IMG/VR virus record: IMGVR_UViG_3300045589_000107
DNA length: 41,305 bases
Source: a virus
Strand: one strand, 5' to 3'
Shown here: positions 34,298 through 40,338 of the stretch, piece by piece
Layout of the letters: every line of letters starts with the position of its first letter
How positions within the stretch are numbered: position 1 is the stretch's first letter
Notes under the pieces: model-generated
Told to the model about the DNA's origin: nothing
The model's database searches: none
The model's input: the letters and a program-made list of their open reading frames with translations, nothing else
Program-made: the position numbers and the translations under genes

Positions 34298-34660
34298 ATG
34301 GCAGAAACAGACACGTACAAACAGGTCTTCGTGACCTATCCGGTTCAGCAGCAGGACGGCAATTTTTATCATATTGACTACGTTCCCCAGTATGTACCGG
34401 TAGAATACCCGAAAACAACGGACCCGATCCCGGCCGAATTGCAAGGCAAAATTGCAAAATATGACTGGCAGACGGGCGAATGGATCGATTCTAAAATTGA
34501 CCCAACCACTGCGGCCATTACGGCTCTGCAAGCAAACGCTGCACTGCTCATGGTCCAGTTCACAACGATCAAAACTGCACTGGCAGGGTTACAGAAGCAA
34601 GTTGCGGCATTAACTAATCCGACAAGCACTACAGCAGCCACTACCAATAAGGAGGCGTAA
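34298..34660 (+). CDS. Hypothetical protein (120 aa)
   Basis: RBS AAAGGAGA. Precedes the XkdX-like gene. Confidence 0.65.
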   Translation: MAETDTYKQVFVTYPVQQQDGNFYHIDYVPQYVPVEYPKTTDPIPAELQGKIAKYDWQTGEWIDSKIDPTTAAITALQANAALLMVQFTTIKTALAGLQKQVAALTNPTSTTAATTNKEA

Positions 34661-34662
34661 GC

Positions 34663-34803
34663 ATGGACAGATTTGTGTTGATGTATTACAAGATGGGGTT
34701 GTTCGACAAGCCCACGATGCAGCTATTCGTACAAGCAGGGGAAATCACCGCTGACCAGTACAAGCAAGCCACAGGCGAGGATTATGTGGCACCGGCAGCG
34801 TAG
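34663..34803 (+). CDS. XkdX-family small protein (46 aa)
   Basis: MDRFVLMYYKMGLFDKPTMQLFVQAGEITADQYKQATGEDYVAPAA. RBS AAGGAGG. Not in the ORF track. Confidence 0.75.
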   Translation: MDRFVLMYYKMGLFDKPTMQLFVQAGEITADQYKQATGEDYVAPAA

Positions 34804-34817
34804 ATTGGAGGCAGATA

Positions 34818-35114
34818 ATGCACATTATTTTAGGTCTGTCGATTGCTGAATGGGCTGAAACACTGACTGCCCTTGGGGTGCTGGTGAGTGCTGGCAGCTG
34901 GCTGTTTAAGAAAATTGCTCTGGACCCGCTGCGTGAGGACATTCAGCGCTTGTCCGAGCAGATTGGGCAACAGCTCAAAGTCCACGAACAAACACTTGCG
35001 TCGATCAATGGGCGTATTAAGGAACATGACAAAGAACTCGGCAGCCACTCGGAACGAATTACCCGTCTGGAAGACCATGCAGGAATTAAGGAGGAAAAAG
35101 AGAATGAAGATTAA
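34818..35114 (+). CDS. Membrane-anchored coiled-coil protein of the lysis cassette
   Basis: N-terminal TM segment followed by a coiled coil. RBS GGAGG. Confidence 0.65.
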   Translation: MHIILGLSIAEWAETLTALGVLVSAGSWLFKKIALDPLREDIQRLSEQIGQQLKVHEQTLASINGRIKEHDKELGSHSERITRLEDHAGIKEEKENED

Positions 35115-35496
35115 TTGGAAAGTACGTTTTTTGAGCGTGAAGTTTTGGCTGGCCTTGGTGCCAGCTATTTTATTGGTCGGGCAAGCGGTCGCTGCGGTGT
35201 TTGGCTATAACTGGGACTTTGCTAGTCTGGGCAAGGAGCTGACTGGTGTGATCAATGCAGTATTCGCCGTGCTGGCTATTCTCGGAGTGGTGACGGATCC
35301 TACGACAGCTGGCGTTACCGACAGTGCCCAGGCACTCACTTACAGTAAACCAGCCAAAGATGCCGTACCGGATCCGGTACCGGCTGAACCGCTGCAAGCC
35401 AATGGGCAGGGCCAGCTGGTCAAGGACACTCTGCCAGACGGCTCTGCCGCGGACACCACTACGAATGGAGCTGACAGTAATGTCGTTCAGCATTGA
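35104..35496 (+). CDS. Holin (phi LC3-type)
   Basis: MKINWKVRFLSVKFWLALVPAILLVGQAV...GVVTDPTTAGVTDSAQALTY. ATG at 35104. Confidence 0.85.
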   Translation: MKINWKVRFLSVKFWLALVPAILLVGQAVAAVFGYNWDFASLGKELTGVINAVFAVLAILGVVTDPTTAGVTDSAQALTYSKPAKDAVPDPVPAEPLQANGQGQLVKDTLPDGSAADTTTNGADSNVVQH

Positions 35497-36370
35497 TGCC
35501 GCAATCAATTACATGTACAAGCTGCAAAAGGCTGGGGTCACTTACAGCATGGATGGCAGTCGCGTTGGCACAGATGGCACAGCTGACTGCTCAGGCGCTG
35601 TTTACGCGGCACTTCGTGCTGGCGGTATGCCCAGTGCTGGCTGGGTGCTCAACACCGAATCCATGCACAATTGGCTGTTAGCTAACGGCTGGCAGCGGGC
35701 AGCAGACAACAGCGACTGGAATGCCCAGCGCGGCGACGTGTTTATCTGGGGAAAGATTGGCGACAGTGCAGGTGCTGGTGGTCACACGGGTATCTTTGTT
35801 GACCACGACAACATTATCCACTGCAACTACGCACACAATGGTGTCAGCATCAACAATCATGACGCATACTGGGCCGCCGATGGGTGTCCCTATTTTTATG
35901 CGTATCGGTATGCCGGTGCGCAAGAAGCAGATCAAGGAGATGATACCGATATGGATTTGAGCAAGTTGACTAGCTTGGCACCAGTCACTGCCTACGGCGT
36001 GGCTTGGATCACTAACCCAAATGGGGCGGCCTTGTGGGACAACACCGGCAAGGTGATTAAACGCCTGCCTTATGGCACATCTTGGGTCGTAGTAGACGTC
36101 AACAAGGGTCGGCTTAACGTGGGCGGCTGGATCGACCCAGGGGATGCGGTAGTAAAGATCAACAAGGGCGCAGCTGGAGACTGGTCAGGCACCGTGGCCC
36201 GAGTAACCGCTGACGACGCATACACGCAAGCTCAGCCCAAGCCTAATCAAGCAGGTATCCAGTATCTGCCCAAAGGCAGCCGCTGGAAAGTCGTTGGTGT
36301 AAGCAAGGACGGGAATTATGTCAACATTGGCGGATACGTTGATGCCAGCAAGGTGAACATCGAATTGTAG
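35480..36370 (+). CDS. Endolysin: N-terminal CHAP/NlpC-P60-type peptidase plus two SH3b-like C-terminal repeats
   Basis: DGTADCSGAVYAAL...GGHTGIFV (Cys/His pair). ATG at 35480 overlaps the holin end. Confidence 0.88.
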   Translation: MSFSIDAAINYMYKLQKAGVTYSMDGSRVGTDGTADCSGAVYAALRAGGMPSAGWVLNTESMHNWLLANGWQRAADNSDWNAQRGDVFIWGKIGDSAGAGGHTGIFVDHDNIIHCNYAHNGVSINNHDAYWAADGCPYFYAYRYAGAQEADQGDDTDMDLSKLTSLAPVTAYGVAWITNPNGAALWDNTGKVIKRLPYGTSWVVVDVNKGRLNVGGWIDPGDAVVKINKGAAGDWSGTVARVTADDAYTQAQPKPNQAGIQYLPKGSRWKVVGVSKDGNYVNIGGYVDASKVNIEL

Positions 36371-36375
36371 CAGAA

Positions 36376-36404
36376 AACCCGGGGCTTCGGCCTCGGGTTT
36401 TTTT
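36376..36404 (+). terminator. Rho-independent terminator of the late operon
   Basis: AACCCGGGGC-TTCG-GCCTCGGGTT followed by a T-run. Confidence 0.85.
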
Positions 36405-36447
36405 GCGATCGGAAGAAGACTACAGGTATCCGTTCAGTAGGCATGCG

Positions 36448-36535
36448 TGCTATAATGTAATCGGTTTCCATCCCCCACTCAGGTTTGGAAGCGTACCGCC
36501 TTTGGCCCTGGGGAGCAATCCCTAGGGCTTTTTTT
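36448..36535 (+). ncRNA. Candidate sRNA unit A (promoter TGcTATAAT, C-rich loop hairpin, terminator)
   Basis: The -10 is at 36448..36456. Stem 36464..36470/36486..36492 carries the loop UCCCCCACUCAGGUU. The terminator 36505..36535 has a 10-bp stem plus T7. Confidence 0.5.
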
Positions 36536-36577
36536 GTGCCATCAAGCCTATTATGTGTATACCCATAATGGTCAAAG

Positions 36578-36665
36578 TGATATAATGAAGCCGATTGCAT
36601 TGTGCTATAATTTGGGTACGGCAACAGAATACCTTTCGGCCTCACTTCGGTGAGGCTTTTGTATT
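36578..36665 (+). ncRNA. Candidate sRNA unit B (tandem promoters TGaTATAAT and TGcTATAAT, UUCG-loop terminator)
   Basis: The -10 boxes are at 36578..36586 and 36603..36611. The terminator GCCTCAC-TTCG-GTGAGGC-TTTTGTATT is at 36639..36665. Confidence 0.4.
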
Positions 36666-36694
36666 GGCATGGCATAGACAATTCCCTTGATAAA

Positions 36695-36794
36695 TGGTAG
36701 TATGACTTTTGCCAGGGCATCATTCCCCCTGGCCCAGGTTTTCCTCAATAGTCACCACTTGGGGCTTCTAGCAGAAATTCTGGAGGCCCTTTTT
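36695..36794 (+). ncRNA. Candidate sRNA unit C (promoter TGgTAGTAT, two hairpins, terminator)
   Basis: Hairpin GCCAGGG-catcattcc-CCCTGGC is at 36711..36733. The terminator 36762..36794 has a 10-bp stem plus T5. Confidence 0.45.
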
Positions 36795-36827
36795 GTGTTT
36801 GATAAGATGGACATGACGGGCGATTCG

Positions 36828-36935
36828 TGTTATATTTCGGTTGTTGGAACTTTCCATTCTGACACCCCATGATCATCCTTCCCCCAGATGCGACGATCAT
36901 ACAAAAAACCCTGGCATAAATGCCGGGGATTTTTT
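36828..36935 (+). ncRNA. Candidate sRNA unit D (promoter TGtTATATT, C-rich loop hairpin, terminator)
   Basis: Hairpin 36869..36900 has the loop CUUCCCCCA. The terminator CCCTGGCA-taaa-TGCCGGGG plus T6 is at 36909..36935 and is flanked by A6. Confidence 0.45.
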
Positions 36936-36949
36936 GTGGGAAATGGTAT

Positions 36950-37213
36950 ACCTAATCAAAATGCCGATCGACGCAGGCAACTTAGACTAGCAGTAAGCAT
37001 ATTATGAGTGAGGACATTCCGAGGACAAATAGGCGTAAAGCACTGATACAATAGCATTATATACGCACGTCACCTCCATAGTGTACACTATTTCTGAGTT
37101 TTTCTGACCCCCAAAATGCCGATATAAAGGCGTTTTGGGGGGTTTCAATTGCTTTGAGTTTCATTCAACTTCAAAAAATTGAGGACAAATTGAGGATATC
37201 TAGGGACACCATT
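36950..37213. other. attP region with paired direct repeats (candidate integrase arm-type sites)
   Basis: CAAAATGCCGAT is at 36957..36968 and 37112..37123. GAGGACAAAT is at 37021..37030 and 37181..37190. Variants GAGGACATTCC (37010..37020) and GAGGATATC (37192..37200) also occur. The region lies directly downstream of int. Confidence 0.55.
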
Positions 37214-38380
37214 TTATAGCTTAGACAAGGCTTTAACTGTGGCGCTGATTTGGTCTAACTCGACGTCTTTAAGCATGTGAGCGTAAACGCGAAGCGTGAT
37301 CTGGACGTTGGCATGTCCCAGCCGTTTGGAAATGTAACTAATATCCACGCCGTGAGCCAGTAGATAAGCAACATGACTGTGCCGGAGACCGTGGAATGTG
37401 ATCACGGGGTTGATGCCCAGCTTTTGCTCAATGTCTTTGAGGTGGCGGTTGACGATGCCATTGCTCAGTAGCTCATGGCGATAGTTGCGGAATACCAGAT
37501 GATACGGGTCCCGGTAACCTGTCGCCAGATTGCTGGCCTCTTGCTCGGTTTTGAGTTGGCGCAACAGCGCCACGAGTTGTGGAGAAATATCAATATCTCT
37601 GTTACTGGTCGGATTTTTCGTTGGCATGAAGCCAGTCCTAAATTTGTAATCCCATGTGTGCCGAATGTGCACTACAGCGTTGTCCAGATCCACATTGGGC
37701 CAATCCAATCCGCCAACCTCTGCGTATCTTGCACCAGTGAGAATGCCAAAGGCAATCATGTAGTTGTAAATCTTGGATAGCTTCGCGTTGCCTGTGCAAA
37801 ATTTGAGCAACTTATCAAAGTCGTCTGCTTGAATATATTTAAGGTCGGCGGCTTTACCTTTGTTTCCGGAGAGGACAACATCATGCGTAAAGTTGGTGTA
37901 CAGTATCTGGTCATCAACGGCAGAGTTGACCATTGCCCGGACGTACCCGTTGAGTTTACTGACGGTGTCCTTTGACCGATTAACAATTGCCTTTTTATTA
38001 CCAATACGTTTGACGCGGTGTGTGGCAAAATGATTGATGAATGCTTGCCAGTCGCTTTTGCTAATAGTGCGCAGCTTTCGGCTAGTGCCAAAATAGTCGA
38101 CCAGTTCCTTACGAATTGTCGCATAGCGGGCCTCAGTGACACGCGTATGCTTGCCGGCTTTGTAAAGGTCAATCCAGCGATCCCAATATTCTATGAGGGT
38201 CGTGTCTTGCTTGTTCAAGTCAGCGCCCTGCATCAAATGATGCTCCACTTCAGCCGCAGCATTTTCTGCCATCTTTTTTTTAGCGAACCCACCCAATGTT
38301 TTCTGATGTCGCACCCCGTTTGAATCCGTATAATTGACCACGTACGTCCAGGTTTTTCCACGTTTGCGAAAGCTTGCCAT
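37214..38380 (-). CDS. int: Tyrosine recombinase / phage integrase
   Basis: The start is trimmed to MASFRKRGKTWTYVV (RBS GGGAGG). C-terminal catalytic motifs are HGLRHSHVAYLL and RLGHANVQITLRVYAH. Confidence 0.93.
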   Translation of the reverse strand: MASFRKRGKTWTYVVNYTDSNGVRHQKTLGGFAKKKMAENAAAEVEHHLMQGADLNKQDTTLIEYWDRWIDLYKAGKHTRVTEARYATIRKELVDYFGTSRKLRTISKSDWQAFINHFATHRVKRIGNKKAIVNRSKDTVSKLNGYVRAMVNSAVDDQILYTNFTHDVVLSGNKGKAADLKYIQADDFDKLLKFCTGNAKLSKIYNYMIAFGILTGARYAEVGGLDWPNVDLDNAVVHIRHTWDYKFRTGFMPTKNPTSNRDIDISPQLVALLRQLKTEQEASNLATGYRDPYHLVFRNYRHELLSNGIVNRHLKDIEQKLGINPVITFHGLRHSHVAYLLAHGVDISYISKRLGHANVQITLRVYAHMLKDVELDQISATVKALSKL

Positions 38381-38490
38381 TGTGTTTACCTCCCAATCTG
38401 GTAAAATAGGGTATACGAAGAGCGTTGCCTTACGAATGGCTTTCATGGCATCGCTCTCCCACTCCATTCATTCAATTTTTCACCCTTGCT

Positions 38491-38529
38491 CACCCGTCTC
38501 GGTCAAGAGATGCGGGTGGGCTTTTTTTT
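38491..38529 (+). terminator. Strong + strand intrinsic terminator located upstream of the int start (antisense orientation)
   Basis: CACCCGTCTC-ggtcaa-GAGAtgCGGGTG, then GGC and T8. Confidence 0.55.
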
Positions 38530-38535
38530 AATATC

Positions 38536-38635
38536 CGGATTTAAAATCCGAGTATTATTTTCGACATTTTGAATGTCGAAACCTCGTGCTATGTACGGGC
38601 CGTGAGGCCCGAGAAAGGTCGCATTGGGAATGCGA
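38536..38635. repeat. Cluster of four perfect short palindromes/hairpins
   Basis: CGGATTTaAAATCCG (38536..38550). TTTCGACATT-ttg-AATGTCGAAA (38559..38581). CGGGCC-gtga-GGCCCG (38596..38611). TCGCATT-ggg-AATGCGA (38619..38635). Confidence 0.8.
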
Positions 38636-38637
38636 GC

Positions 38638-39132
38638 TCACAGCCCTAACAGTTGCTTTTTCTTGGCGTCATATTCTGACTGCGTAATTGCACCATCATC
38701 CAGCAATTGCTTGAACTTTGCCAGCTCATCGGCCGGAGAATCAATTTTCTCAGGATCGTTGCCATGTTTGAAAGAATCGATTTGTTTTACAATATAATCA
38801 TTCATTTTCTGGGATTCACGTCCAGTTTTTCTGTGAATGGCAGACAAAATTACCGTATTTGCATCTGCCATTGCAGCGCTTGAAGTGCCGATAATCCCAA
38901 CTCTTTGGTTTGTGGCAAGTTCAGCATTAGTGATAAATTGCAGATACCCGTTTGCCCAAATCGTAGGCTTTTTATATTCAACTGCTTTTATGTCTTGATA
39001 ATAAATTTTCCGATTGCCCTTTATGCCTTGAGCCAAAAATCCGGTAATGGTCTTGCGTGAGATTACTACGTGATCATTGTAAGCATAAACAATCCCGTTA
39101 GTTCCCTTTAGTTTCATTATTTCATCATTCAT
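38638..39132 (-). CDS. bPH/DUF4429-like protein with a C-terminal SHOCT motif (lysogeny-module accessory gene)
   Basis: RBS AAGGAGG. The C-terminus DELAKFKQLLDDGAITQSEYDAKKKQLLGL is SHOCT-like. Located between int and the repressor. Confidence 0.8.
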   Translation of the reverse strand: MNDEIMKLKGTNGIVYAYNDHVVISRKTITGFLAQGIKGNRKIYYQDIKAVEYKKPTIWANGYLQFITNAELATNQRVGIIGTSSAAMADANTVILSAIHRKTGRESQKMNDYIVKQIDSFKHGNDPEKIDSPADELAKFKQLLDDGAITQSEYDAKKKQLLGL

Positions 39133-39201
39133 AGTTTGCCTCCTTACAAATATTTGGTACCTCCGTATTTTACCCCTCGCAGAGCAGGGCGGCGAAAAAA
39201 G

Positions 39202-39867
39202 TTACAGAATGACCACGTAAACCACTACCTTGCCAATTATCTTGACATCTTCGTCTTGCAGTTCTTCGTATGTATAGGTGATTGGCCGAAAACGTTTGTC
39301 AGTGGAATCTGGGATAAAGGTAATGATCTCTTTTTCGCGGTCATTGTAGAAGTACTTGACAGCATAATCACCGGCGTCTGCAAACACAACAATATCCCCG
39401 TCTTGAAGATCCTGAATATCATCGTAAGCCTTGACAGCTATAAGAGACCCATCGGGAATTGTTTGGTCCATCGACTCCCCATTAACATGCATCATCAGGA
39501 GATCTGTGTCGCCAGCATATTTGCCGAGAACCTTGTCAGATATTTGGATAGACTCAATTTCATCGGAGGTGAATGGATCCACACTGCACAGAACGCCGGC
39601 TGAAATACCGGCGGGAATGTACTTGTACGTGCCAACCCCGGAAACATTTAGTTGGTTATGATCGGTGGTCAAATAGCTTATGTTAACGCCATAATGGTCT
39701 GCAATTGTTTGCAATGACCCACTGCGAGGCATTTTTTTAGCATGCAACCAGTCCGATACTGTCGAGAAGGCGACGCCAATGCGATCAGACAGTTCCGTCA
39801 AATTTTCTCCACGAGAATCCATTAGCTGTTGCAGGTTCTTCGCAAATATTGTCTTGATGTCGTCCAA
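39202..39867 (-). CDS. cI-like repressor (XRE HTH plus S24 LexA-type peptidase domain)
   Basis: TTG start lies 7 nt after GGAGG. HTH is LTELSDRIGVAFSTVSDWLHAKKMP. The S24 part is VNGESMDQTIPDGSLIAVK. Confidence 0.9.
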   Translation of the reverse strand: MDDIKTIFAKNLQQLMDSRGENLTELSDRIGVAFSTVSDWLHAKKMPRSGSLQTIADHYGVNISYLTTDHNQLNVSGVGTYKYIPAGISAGVLCSVDPFTSDEIESIQISDKVLGKYAGDTDLLMMHVNGESMDQTIPDGSLIAVKAYDDIQDLQDGDIVVFADAGDYAVKYFYNDREKEIITFIPDSTDKRFRPITYTYEELQDEDVKIIGKVVVYVVIL

Positions 39868-40035
39868 AATGTTTCCTCCTATTAGTGGTAAGAATGTTTT
39901 CTACGGTTCCCATACTACCACCAAAGCGAAAATAATCAACGCCGCTAGAAAAATATTTTTCGTTGATGGCGAAATTTTTGTTGCATTTCGCTAAAAGCGT
40001 GATAGTATAGACAATGTAGAAAGGAGGAAAAAATC
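39868..40035. promoter_or_regulatory. Genetic switch: divergent promoters and operator-like repeats
   Basis: The - strand promoter has TTGATT (39934..39939) and TGgTAGTAT (39912..39920). The + strand promoter has TTGCAT (39981..39986) and TGaTAGTAT (40000..40008). Palindrome GCGAAAT-N9-ATTTCGC (39969..39991). Inverted repeat ATCAACG/CGTTGAT (39935..39941 / 39961..39967). Confidence 0.7.
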
Positions 40036-40305
40036 ATGGACATTCCTGAAAAAGTGCCAGTCTACTTGAAGCACACACTAAGAGACCTGCGAGTTCGCAA
40101 AGGGCTTCCCCAATCTGATGCAGCAAAAATGATGGGTGTAACAGAGCCAACCCTTCGCCGTTGGGAAAAGGACTCGTCTGATCTAACAATGCAACAGATC
40201 TGGAAGATTAGCAAAATTTATTCAATCCCTCAAGACTATATTTTTTTTGGAAGCAATAACGCTTTTAGCGAAAAGCTTAATGAACAAAAGGAGGTTTCAC
40301 GATGA
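40036..40305 (+). CDS. Cro-like XRE-family HTH regulator
   Basis: RBS AAAGGAGGA. HTH is LPQSDAAKMMGVTEPTLRRWEKD. Confidence 0.85.
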   Translation: MDIPEKVPVYLKHTLRDLRVRKGLPQSDAAKMMGVTEPTLRRWEKDSSDLTMQQIWKISKIYSIPQDYIFFGSNNAFSEKLNEQKEVSR

Positions 40306-40338
40306 GCGAGCCACAAGACGCTAAGAAGGATGAACGTC

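Noticed and set aside
36316-36723. 135-aa ORF on the - strand spanning the endolysin 3' end and the non-coding units
   Set aside because: It overlaps the endolysin by 55 bp. It would have to be translated through three strong terminator hairpins. Its GGGGGA sits directly against the ATG, so SD spacing is unusable. Its composition looks random. The promoter and terminator grammar on the + strand explains the region better.
36687-36872. 61-aa + strand ORF in the lysin-attP gap
   Set aside because: It has no RBS, and it crosses two hairpin/terminator structures and a promoter-like box.
36764-36889. 41-aa - strand ORF (MGCQNGKFQQPKYNTNRPSCPSYQ...) preceded by GGGGGAAGGA
   Set aside because: It is a low-complexity peptide running antisense through unit D and the unit C terminator. 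The SD-like sequence is simply the complement of the C-rich loop.
36950-37213. tRNA 3' end as the attP core
   Set aside because: No GGTTCGAATCC-like T-arm or acceptor-stem sequence occurs on either strand of this interval.
38381-38467. 29-codon N-terminal extension of the integrase ORF
   Set aside because: The canonical integrase N-terminus MASFRKRGKTW starts at 38380 and has a GGGAGG RBS. The extension has none.
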